DNA of 45,447 nt from Octopus sinensis (lineage: Eukaryota): NCBI RefSeq assembly GCF_006345805.1, contig NW_021834808.1:1-45447 (forward strand). Reading direction: 5' to 3'. Below the pieces are notes generated by a model. The model searched no databases. It had not been told where the DNA came from and saw only the letters and a list, made by a program, of their open reading frames with translations. A program made the translations under genes and the position numbers. Each line of letters opens with the position of its first letter. The stretch's first letter is position 1. Below are positions 25,081 to 36,959 of the stretch, one piece after another.

Positions 25081-25224
25081 GAGTGTGTGTGTGTGTGTGT
25101 GTGTGCGTATTTGTGCGTATAAACAAGGTAATTCAAAATCCTTTTCGCCTCTCAATTCTCTCCATTCCAACCAATCAACAAAGGTGCCAAGAAAAAAGCG
25201 CAGCGTAAATATTCTTAATAAATA

Positions 25225-25400
25225 TTCTTTTATTCTTTCACTTGTTTCAGTCATTTGACTGCTGTCACGCTGGAGCAACGCCTTAAAGAGTTTTATTCGA
25301 AGAAATCGACCCCAGGATTTATGCTTTTTAAACCTAGTACTTATTCTATCGGTCTCTTTTGCCGAACTGCAGTGGCTGTCAAGTGATGGAGGGGGAACAA

Positions 25401-25469
<69 letters not shown>

Positions 25470-25629
25470 AGATAGGTTTCTTTCAATTTCCGTCTACCAA
25501 ATCCAGTCACAAGGCTTTGGTCGGCTCGAGGCTATAGTAGATGACACTTACCCAAGGTATCACGCAGTGGGACTGAAACCTGAACCATGAGGTTTGTAAG
25601 CAAGCTTCTTACCAAACAGCCATGCTTGC
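25225..25629 (-). mobile_element. SINE family A
   Basis: Collinear, with an internal (CA)n and a short internal deletion. Confidence 0.88.
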
Positions 25630-25823
25630 TTGCAGGTAAAAACTATTTTGTAAAACAATCAATATTTCCACTTACATAATCGATACTTGGTCGATATATA
25701 TTGTTCTCGACAGATAAAATGGGAACGGACAAATATATTATGGTTCGAATTTCCATCACTTCTTTGATCCTTTGCTTTAAATACCCCTATGTCGGTGTTT
25801 GTAGTTGAGAGATAGCACCTGTG

Positions 25824-25872
<49 letters not shown>

Positions 25873-26111
25873 CATGAAGGGTTAATGTGTGACAAACGTA
25901 ATTCAATGTAGGTTTTGGAGCTGATCTTCAAGATAATCCCAAATCAAAGATATCCAAAGGAGGAAGATTAGGGCTTCAAGGTTACGAGAAATATTTTAGT
26001 TTGGAAATTGTGCCCTAAGGCATTGGCAAACAGTGAGACCTAAAGGGAAGATACGTCATATTGTAGAATCGTACTCGAAAATATTTTTCCCTTTTAATAT
26101 TTGGTAAGGAA

Positions 26112-26288
26112 AGGCGGTGAGCTGACAGAATCTTAACGGTATTTCGTCCGGCTTTACGTTTTGGGTTTAAATTCCACCGATTCTGCATTTCGTCCTTTCG
26201 TGGTCGATAAAATGAGTACCGGTTGAGCTCTGGGATGGCTATTATCGACTTAAGCCCTCCCCCGAAATTGCTGGCCTTGTGCCAAAAT
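26112..26288 (+). mobile_element. Nin/Deu-domain tRNA-derived SINE (family C)
   Basis: AGGCGGTGAGCTGACAGAATC head; TCCTTTCGTGGTCGATAAAATGAGTACC resembles the Deu/Nin core (recalled consensus CCTTTCATCCTTCCGAGGTCGATAAAATGAGTACC); TTGCTGGCCTTGTGCC tail. Confidence 0.75.
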
Positions 26289-27107
26289 ACCATTTTAGTA
26301 ACGTTTCAGCGGTGTCCCGTTCTAACCTGGTGCCAACAATATTCAGTGATGAGAAAAACATGTCTATTTTGTGGAGCCGATCTAAACAGTTACGTTTAGC
26401 AATTGAAAAAAAAATGATCAAATGTTTTCTGAGGTTTTCATTTTCCTCTTTCTCGACAACCAAACGTGTTGATGGTGTCTCCAGTATGAAATGCATCGCC
26501 ATTAGTGAAACAAAACATCTTCCTACGATAGTGTGTATTACTAACCGTTATCAAGTCAATGATATGTTCACACATAAGCTGTTTGTATCTTTGGTTGTAT
26601 CACCAGTTTTTAAAATAGGCCATTAAGTGAATGATATGTTTACATAGATCCTCAGTTTCACTCATTTATCATCGTCAGATAAATTGTAAAGCAGTGATAA
26701 GGGAAAGGTGTTTATGTCACCAGGTTTTAGACACCTTTGCATAGTTTTGTAAGAGAGAGAACACTCTGGGAAAATGCGATACTAAACTGTGCGGATATTC
26801 TTTAAAAGGAATGGGTGTGTTTCGCTGAGACAATTTGGCATTCTTGGCCGAGATAGCTCTTCAAGTCAGCCTGTTGCTTTGAAAGCTTTCAAAATGGATT
26901 GAAGGGTTCCAATTGACTATTATTTTGCTACATATATTTCTTTGACTTGTACGAATTATTCGTTATATTTTAAGACAAAGAATAGTCTTTCATCTTTTGA
27001 TAATGGCATTTTTCTAATATTCTTTTATACGTTTCAGCCCTAAGGCTGCGGCCATGCTAGATCACTGCCAATGTAATCCCCTTTTCCATATATATGAAAT
27101 AATTCAC

Positions 27108-27152
<45 letters not shown>

Positions 27153-29539
27153 GATTTGACCTCAACGGCAACCTTGTGTGGCATTCTTCCGCTCAAACTG
27201 TGACGTCATAAATATGGAGCCCAACTTCTTGGTATATCTCCTGACTGGTGCTAGTTAGGGGTCTCTGAGTTCCAGTGTTCTTATTAAACGCCTGGCAACG
27301 GATTCGAGGATTTCTCTGTTTCTGCAATCTTAAAAACTATCCCGTATTAACACGCATATCATTGTAGATAAAGAAGTTACTTGTTGTCGTCTGAAAATCG
27401 TTCCTTTTAGCGTCTTTCAACGTTATTTTCTGCGATGAATAAAATCCTTTTTATCATGTCGATATAATTATCAAGTTTCCAACAACATCAAAGAAATATG
27501 ACAGGACGAAGTATTTGATGTGAATAAAAGCGATATTGTTAGCTTTGAAGAAACAAACTGTTTTTGAAGTTGAACACGCGGATTTTCAAAATCCCAAATG
27601 TGAGATTTAATTGAAGAAATACCATGCCTTGGGATCCGCCTAATATGTTGCATCGACAATCGCTAATGCAAACGATATGAAAAAGAATAACAAGTTCCAT
27701 TCGTTGCTCCATATCTTACCGGAATAATTTATGCAAAAATGTTGGCCTAAATCTTTTGAAATGCTCGAAATCTCTTTGCAATTTTTCTCACCATTAAATA
27801 GGAGATATTTGGTGTACCGATGAATTCGTTATTAGTCGAAAATGCTGTTTAATTTCACGGCAAATGAAGTTTTGACAGCTACTACTAAATCATCTGTATT
27901 TGTTATTAGTTCATTCTACTTTTACAAAACATGCAAGGAATGTGACATCTTGAAACTTTGAGACAGAAAACGGATAATTTCTAAAGCTAGGTTTTCTATT
28001 CACGAAGGTAAAGTGCCAGCGATATGTTATTTGTATAAGAGTGCAGAGTAATTTCCTACATTCCGTGTGATTGTTTAATTGTGTTATAATCAACTACAAT
28101 ATTGGATAACTTATATTTCCTAGCAGCATCAGTAGAAATTACATTTTGTGATACAGTGTCAGCCAGAAATATCTTCCGCACTCGCTAATAATATCCTGTG
28201 ATTTTCTTCATCATTTTTTAATAAATTTCTATTCTCTTCGGTCACATGAAACAAATGCTCCTGTCACGTGCACACATACACGCATACACCCACACATGAA
28301 TGCTGATGGTGTATGCGAATAGACACATCCAATAATCTCTCAGACTGATACACACACACATAGCTAACTGTCGGCTGTATATGTGTTTGCGTCAATAGTG
28401 TCCGTACGTGTGCACGTGCATTTGGATATGTGTGTACGTGCCAGTAGTGTTCGTTCGAATCTCTCTCTCACCCTCTCTCTCTCTTTATCATACACACGTT
28501 TTTACCATCATCTTCTCGCAGACTGATACAGATTTATTACACCGCAGGAATCTACTGTTAGCACTTTAACATCCAGTTGCTATCTACTGGTCTATCATAT
28601 ACTCACACTATGTTCTCAATACAGTTTTCTGAGACCTGTTTTACTGACGGTTGTTTTACAGAAGTTACCCGGCCCATTTACCCCGTTTCTCATTTAGTCA
28701 CCCGGATGTTCCCAGATAGACATCCCTAACTCGTATATTCTATAATTTAAGTCATATCCCAAGGTCCAGCTAAATTGTCAGTATTCTTCTTTCTTTGAAA
28801 AGAGAAATGATACATTTCTAAATCTCTCAGAGAGATTTATGCAGTAGCAGCATGATAAAGTGATAGTATGTTGTCACAGGAAATGTGTCAAGTTCAACAG
28901 GAAACGGTGTTTCCTTGGGCTAAATAACAGTAGCATTCTTCCCTTTCATGAGACTGTCACATTAAGTTGATAACATCCTATCTCGTCTTTCCTTATAGCA
29001 AAAAGTATTAAACTCAACTTACATCACACAGGTAACAAAGGTAACACCATTTTCACACTTTCACATCATGACGTCTTCCCGACGCTCTACTTCAATAAAA
29101 AGAGTCTCTGTGAACATTTTTTGACGAGGTTTTTTTTTCCTCTTTTTTGTTTTAATTTCAAAATATGTTCTCTGTTCTAAGCGAATTTTGTTAATAAAGC
29201 CAAGCAAAGTGTGAAACTAGAATACCGTTATAAGGAAATTGGTAATTCCATATCACATCCCAGAAGATATCTGATCTCTGAAAAACAAATGAAAGATGTT
29301 TCACTAAAAACAAATTCTTTCACACTCTTTTTACAGGTTTCCATATTTACTGTCTACATTTTCCTGAACAGCTTGATCTCCCTCTAATGTTTTGGTGCCT
29401 GAGTGAGGTAGATAGCAAGGGGGATATTGTGACATCCCCTCCTCGCAAAAAATCAACGAACTAAAGTGTAACCCATATAACCGTCAGCGTAAAGTCACGT
29501 CCAACGAGAGAGAATTCGTTTTGTTATCTGTTTGTAATG

Positions 29540-29768
29540 AGCGGTGAGCTGGCGGAATCGTTGCCGCGCCCGGCAAAATGCTTAGCGGTATTTCGCCTGC
29601 CGCTACGTTCTGAGTTAAAATTCCGCCGAGGTCGACTTTGCCTTTCATCCTTTCGGGGTCGATTAAATAGGTACCAGTTACGCACTGGACTCGATATAAT
29701 CGACTTAATCCGTTTTTCTGTCCTTGTTTGTCCTCTGTGTTTAGCCCTTTGTGAGTAGTAAAGAAATA
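29540..29768 (+). mobile_element. Nin/Deu-domain SINE (family D) with a Tx1-like 3' tail
   Basis: Head GCGGTGAGCTGGCGGAATCG..GAGTTAAAATTCC; core CCTTTCATCCTTTCGGGGTCGATTAAATAGGTACC (29641-75); tail TCCTTGTTTGTCCTCTGTGTTTAGCCCTTTGTGAGTAGTAAAGAAATA. Confidence 0.8.
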
Positions 29769-29941
29769 GGTATTCCGTCGTATTTGCGCTCTCAGTTCAA
29801 ATTCTTCGGGGTTCGACTTGGCGTTTCATCCTTTCGGTGTCGATAAAATAAATAAGTACCAGTTGAACACTGAGATCGATGTAATCGATTTACCCTCTTC
29901 CCACAAAACTGCTGGCCTTGTGCCAAAATTTGAAACCAATA
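29769..29941 (+). mobile_element. Second, 5'-truncated Nin/Deu-domain SINE unit (family C tail) in tandem
   Basis: Restarts at GGTATTCCG (internal head motif), has a B box CAGTTCAAATTC, the core, and a CTGCTGGCCTTGTGCC..GAAACCAATA tail. Confidence 0.75.
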
Positions 29942-30094
29942 TATTTGTATAATGCTCATGATATGTTATGAAGGATGTTAGCAATTTAAGAGATGTGTAA
30001 AAGATAATTACAGGGATCGAAACTTGGCCAAACGGGAGGTTTACTTTAACTTAGAGGTAGAAGAGAATCAATAACTTTAGTATTTCTTTTCCTT

Positions 30095-30487
<393 letters not shown>

Positions 30488-30489
30488 GC

Positions 30490-30757
30490 TTCTTTATTAG
30501 CCACACAGGACTGCACACAGACGGGACAGATTACAAAGTAGAGTTTTTCTTTTTGGGGAGAGAAAGAAAAAGTGGGGTAGGTTTTCGATCAAAAGGGATC
30601 GTAAAAAGGAAAGAAAAAAAACCTATCAATAGGGATCATGTATCACAGAAATATCATGATGTAAATTGTAAAGAGGGAAGCAGATAAGGTTTATCCGTGG
30701 AAAGAATAGCCTACGGAAAAGACCACGGTAACCTCGGTCAAAAATGTCACATGTTAA
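30490..30757 (-). mobile_element. 3' UTR-only copy of the Tx1-like LINE
   Basis: Reverse complement matches ~40440-40758. GATA repeats lie on both sides. Confidence 0.9.
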
Positions 30758-32347
30758 CATATAGATAGCCAGCTAGATAGATAGAGAGAAAGATCTTTTA
30801 CTCTGTCAGTGTTTCTTTGAGTTGGGATCAGAATTTATATTTTGTGTCACATTTAGAAAAGCAAAGACTGATCACAGTGCTGATACAGTTTCTGTCTTTG
30901 AAGAATAAATTTTGTGTTTGGGATATAAGCTTAGAAGGAATCTATTTTCATGCGATAACATCAGAAATTGTGAAGAGTGGCCCTTGTAACAGCTTTAAAT
31001 ACTATAGTCGTTGTAGTTATTGTTGTTTTACTCCAGCTCATCCCACGCTGTGTAAACCTATGATCAAAGATCTTTCAGCTGAGATCAACCCGTATTTTTC
31101 CAATATACAAAGCCCCCAAGTTCATATTATCAAATGTGTAGTTTTCTAAGATGGTTACAAGAGATTTGGTTACTATTTCCAGCAAGTCGAGCGTTCTTGC
31201 TGGAAATAGCCATTAAGCTGAATTTATGAAGGGGACAGTGGGGTGAGGCAATTATCTAAGACGTTTTTCAGGCCTCAAAAACAAGGAGGTCAATGCGGAT
31301 GATCAGTAAACTCTACATCTGCAAGTGAAACGTGGGTGGGAAATGACCTGGGAATAGTTACTAGTAACAAGTCCCACTTCATTTCTCACGCGTTGCTCGC
31401 AACAGAATAGACTCTGCTAAAGAACCCTCAGTAAACCGGCGGTGGTGTTAAACAGGATTGTGTGCTAGCTATACAACTAAAATATGTATAGAAGAGAGTG
31501 TATTGAAAGCAAGAGCAGTGAAGGATGTTTAGTTTAATCCATTATTCTTATCGTTTGTTCAGTGAATGTGTATCTGAGTGCGAAATAGCTTGAAGGTGAA
31601 GGAGAAATCCTCATCATCCGATTGATAATTTCATTAGTTTTAGTGAATAATTCATGGATGTATTTAAATAACTTGTTAATGCAAATATTGATTAAGGCCA
31701 TGTTTAATTAACTAAACAATTTCAAGACGATCTTGGCAAATAAAGCAACACATGTGCTTGGCTTAAGAGTTGACTGACTTTATCAATGTGTTTAAACAGA
31801 TATCCAATGACTAACGATACATTGTATGCGAAGGACATCATTGAATATGCATTTGTTTCACTCATATCGCTGTAGAAGAAGCTCGGAACCAGAGAACACA
31901 ATAATTTACCAATGACAAAGAGAGTAACTGCTTTTGATATTGGTGAACTTATTTCACGTTGTAATGAATATTCAAGGAACTAGAATAGATGTGTGAATTA
32001 ATAGATTTAGCCCATCAATTTCTTTCCAACTTAGATTACTCAAGACAATTTCTCAAAACAATATTCCAGTGGATAAATTACTTTACAGTACGAGAATGAT
32101 CGGAGGTTCATATTACACGACATGTGTCATATTTGTGCGGCAGTGGGGATTGGGGCAATAATTGCCTAAATGTAAGCGAATGTAACTTTACTAAGGTGTA
32201 GAAGTTCATTAAATTATGGAGAATTAGCTGCTCTAATACACTTTCTGCTGATAATCTATTTGTAGGGAATTGTGAGACCAGATCTACAAGTCTTGGTTAA
32301 CTGGAATTCATTGACAATATTTTGTCGACACTAATTCGTAGTTCAGC

Positions 32348-32428
32348 ATATACGAACGAGATTTTGTATAAAGAACGAGATTTTATATGTACGAACGAGA
32401 TTTTGTATATACGAACGAGATTTTGTAC
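32348..32428. repeat. ~20-bp minisatellite, 4 copies (ATACGAACGAGATTTTGTAT)
   Basis: GAACGAGATTTT occurs four times at ~20-bp spacing. Confidence 0.85.
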
Positions 32429-33225
32429 AACCATTTTACTTACTTGCAGTATAAAGGATGATGTGAACACAAGCATCACTGCACTCATATTCTTGGTTGA
32501 TGAGGCTGGGGATCATCCCATGTTAGTGGTCCCAGAGGTTCCATTGTGCAAAAGCCGACCAGGTCTACCTGTGCAAGACCCTCTGTGCTCTCCTGATTGG
32601 GGGGTATACAGGAGTCTGTTCCAATGTTGGGCCATCTCGTTTCTCCTGGTCGGTGTCGTAACAGGCTGAAGATTCTTCTGGGTCGGTTGTTGGCCCTCCG
32701 CAGAATAATCAGATGATGGGGCTGCTATGTTAGCAACGAGTCAACGCATCACTAGCCATCGTTAGTCTGGAACATTCTCTAGAGATCAGCTCGCCATGGA
32801 AATGCTAAACCCAGGAGTGGGGAACACATGTATGTATAACTTAATGTGTTTATCTCACTATATATGTTTTAGTTCATTCTATTTCTTTAGAATAGTTGTT
32901 ATCAGTCTAGGTTTATAGGGGGGCCATTGAAGACATTTCGGTCAATTTTCTACAGAAATATATTCCTGACTTATTTGACAAATATTTATTCAGAAAACGC
33001 AAGCACACACACACACACACACACCTTCACTCACACACAGATAGACAGATAGGTGCAAATCGATGTATGCATAAATGCATGCGCACGTATTCATGTGTAC
33101 GTGTGTGTGTGTGTATAGTGTATATATGTTCGTGCCTATAGTATGGCGGTGGGTATGCGTATATATACATATACGTATATATGTGTGTGTATATGTATAT
33201 ATATATATATATAAGTATCCATAAT

Positions 33226-33317
<92 letters not shown>

Positions 33318-34228
33318 AATCCGAATATGAAAACACAAAGAGAAAACACGCGAGGACGTTGAACAAGTATAGTGTTATTGGACGCTCAGGAAAGGAAAGG
33401 AAGAAGGAGGATTTAACGTTTATATATATATATATACAATCGCATACACACACAGATACACACAGAGATAGACATACATACACACACACAGAGGCACACA
33501 CACACGCACACACACACACACGCACACACACACGCACGCACACACACACACACACGCATGTATGTAAGTATGAATGTACATGATGCAACAAGCATATAAT
33601 TTATTTCTAAAATCAATTCTACAGCAAACTTCTTTAAAAAAAACAAAACAATGATTGCAATTCGTTACGAGGAGTCAGTAAACAATTTTCTGTTAGAAAT
33701 AGAATTAAACATTTTAATTATCGTTACCATAACAACATGGTACTGCGATATTGAATATACCTGAAGCACAGTGAATCGTTTCGTCTTTCTTTTCTTCAAT
33801 TTTACACTTTAACTCATCGAAAAGTGCCAATAGATAACCAGGGAAATGTTTCATTAGTTGAAAACCATTAACAATGTTTTTTTTTCTTTTTGTAATCTTA
33901 TTCTACGTAGGTGCATTTTTTTTTATTCATTGCTATCATTTATGCTGTGTCACAGCTAATGGATATGTTCCCGTTGCGAGTAGTGTGTCGTTTGTTGAAG
34001 TAAACATTTACCAATATGTCCTTCCTCTTTTAAGAAGATATGGTCTGGTTACAAAAAAGTATGGCTGCTATGTTCAGCGAGTCGAATACTTATAATATCT
34101 GTCTTAAAAAGTGTTATTGTATACGTATATATAAGTTTTTTTAAAATCTAGTTTGGGAACCGGAAATGTAAAACTCTTCTCCATCTCACACCAATATACA
34201 CATATGTACGCACGTATTGTATTTATGC

Positions 34229-34469
34229 CTTACCTACCTACCTAACTACCTACCTACCTACCTACCTACCTACTTACCTACCTACCTACCTACCTACCTA
34301 CCTACCTACCTACCTACCTACCTACCTACCTACCTACCTACCTACCTACCTACCTACCTACCTACCTACCTACCTACCTACATACCTACATAGCTACCTA
34401 GCTACCTACCTAGCTACCTACCTACTTACCTACTTACCTACCTACCTACCTACTTACCTACATACTTAC

Positions 34470-34557
<88 letters not shown>

Positions 34558-34575
34558 TTATCTATCTATCTATCT
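34229..34575. repeat. (CCTA)n-(TCTA)n microsatellite immediately upstream of the long LINE
   Basis: Direct reading. Confidence 0.95.
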
Positions 34576-34797
34576 CTATGACAGACAGACGCAAGTCAAA
34601 TGGGCTCCACGTAAGTTGGTATTTTTGTACGTTCAAAAGTGTATATTGACAAATATTTTGTGTTTAAAAGTTGTGCAACAACATCCACTGTAAACCTTTG
34701 ATAAATATCTACACAAAATTTTGCCCCTTGTGGGCAAAATTTAAAAGAAAAAGTTCTCATAGCCTTCGTGGTTTCATTTAGCCATTTTATTTCTAAA

Positions 34798-36903
34798 ATG
34801 GCCACTGGTCACCACGAGGCTGAGGTGCAAGTCAAGCGTGACGCAGAGACAGAAAAACAGGATGTTCTGTTAGCATACGCTGAACCTGACAACACCACCT
34901 CCACCACCATCAACATCGACAACAGCAACAAATACAAAACAAAGGTCGCAAGGCCAAGCATCGTCAACACCATCAGTGAGTCCACCACCACCAACACCGA
35001 CAACAACACCATGGCAGAATCTGCTACTAAAACTGCTATCCCTACTAAAGACATCGCCACCAATAACAATACCAACATCACCATCACCGCCACCAAAGAC
35101 CGTGCCGTCAATGCTACTAATACTACTAACACCACCGCCGTCACCAAGAACGACAATAACAACAACAACAACAACAACAACGACGACGACGACAACAACA
35201 ATTCCCTTCAACCACTGCTCACTCCATCACCAACAAGTGAAAAAATAACGACGACAAGCAAACGAAATGTCGAAATTTGCGCTAATGCAGGACTAAATTA
35301 CGCAGGCAATTTTCCACCCCTTGCTAGTTGCATAATCAGCAACCACGAACCTACAACCCACACCCCTGCCATCAACACCAACAGCACCGGCAGTAACAAC
35401 AATAACAAAACAACAACAAACTTCGCCGAGGCGATAAAAGAAAAGGTAACAAAAGTTTCGTTTACTACACAACAGATTAAAGATTGCAGAAACCTTATTA
35501 CAAATGAAAACGGAAAAATACTCTTACACATACCTCAACACATACTGAATGAGGAGAAAAAAAAGACAATTGTATATAAAATCACAAATAAAAAAACTAA
35601 AAGTCCAGAAAAGGCAAGCACAGACAAAGTCGAAAAGTGCTTACGCCTCATCTGGGGATACAAGGATTGTGTGACTTGGGCGAACTAGTTCGCACACGTA
35701 CAGGTGGTTTTTCAGAGTGAAGAGTTGGCGAAGAAATTCTCAACGATAACCCTTCATTCTGATGAACTAACGATGACACCGAGTTACCTCGGCCAGAAGG
35801 TGACGAAGGTCATTATCAGTGGTGTCCCCCAAGTGACTACAACACTGTGGATAACATCCGCCTTAGTATCCGAAATGGAGGACTTAAGCATCCTAGATAT
35901 CGGTGTTTCGGAAAACAAGGACTGGCTGGGAAAGAGAATAGAGTTCCTCTTCCACATAAGTCAAGAGGACATAAATAAAATCCCCACCCACGTACATCTT
36001 GAGGATGGCCGCAAGTTATACGTAGTAGTCGAGGGCAGAAGGCCACGATGCTATACATGTGGCAGTGAGGCACACATCAAAAAGGAGTGCAAATCTGCCG
36101 CAAAATTACAACAACAACAACAGCCACAGGAAAAATCACAAAAGCCAGGATTATGCCCACACCACAATATGGACAGCTAGTCAAGAAGCTGTATGCGGAA
36201 ATGCAGGAAAAACAACAAAGAACAAGCCAACCCAACCAAACAACACCAACCCAGCGCCAAGAACAGAATCATCACCACCAACAACAAATAAACCAATTCC
36301 AACACCAAGAATAACAACGAAGAAGACAAGCACCAAGGATGTAGGAGAGACAATACCCACAACAAACCCCCCAGCAACACCCTCCCCGCGCACCACAACA
36401 ATATCTACAACCGCACAACAACACCCAGACGCTTTACCCTTGCCCCCTGCTGATTCGTCAGACTTTTCATCTAACGATAAAAGTTCGACAGAATGGCAAA
36501 TAGCCACAGGGGGTAAAAGAAAACGATCAAGAAAAACCAAACAAGAAATCGCAACCAAAGCAGAGATACCTGAACCCTGAAAACTCCATACACACAAAAC
36601 AAGCACCAACACCACAAAACAATGCTATCAGCGATAGACACAAAAGACTCCAAACTAATGGAGTACATCACAGGATACACAAACATTTGTGAAGATGACT
36701 TTAAAAATAGCAATCATCCACGCACTACACCACCCAAACACATCAAATACTACACATCACCACAAACACAACACCACAAACTCAAAGCCCTCTTCTCAAA
36801 TGCTGTAGGGGGTTTCCAGAAATATCTGTCCCCAAAAAACTATATAAAAACCTCCTCGAAGATACATCAAAGAACGAGGAAGCAAAACTTTCGACACAAG
36901 TAA
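34798..36903 (+). pseudogene. LINE ORF1 (gag-like, single CCHC zinc knuckle), disrupted
   Basis: ATG at 34798; one in-frame TAG at 35686-88; RPRCYTCGSEAHIKKEC knuckle at 36049-36090; later frameshifts into a T/P-rich segment and a basic KRKRSRK motif. The extent of the C-terminal part is inferred. Confidence 0.75.
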
Positions 36904-36959
36904 GTAACTCTCTGTACTTTCATTTGTGTGTTTTTAAGCAACACCCACCCAATAGAATC

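Noticed and set aside
26279-26626. 115-aa ORF containing IFSDEK, reminiscent of a Tc1 catalytic motif
   Set aside because: The surrounding residues do not continue any Tc1/mariner pattern, and no TIRs were found.
32348-32428. CRISPR-like array
   Set aside because: The units are directly adjacent with no unique spacers, and the context is eukaryotic; this is a minisatellite.
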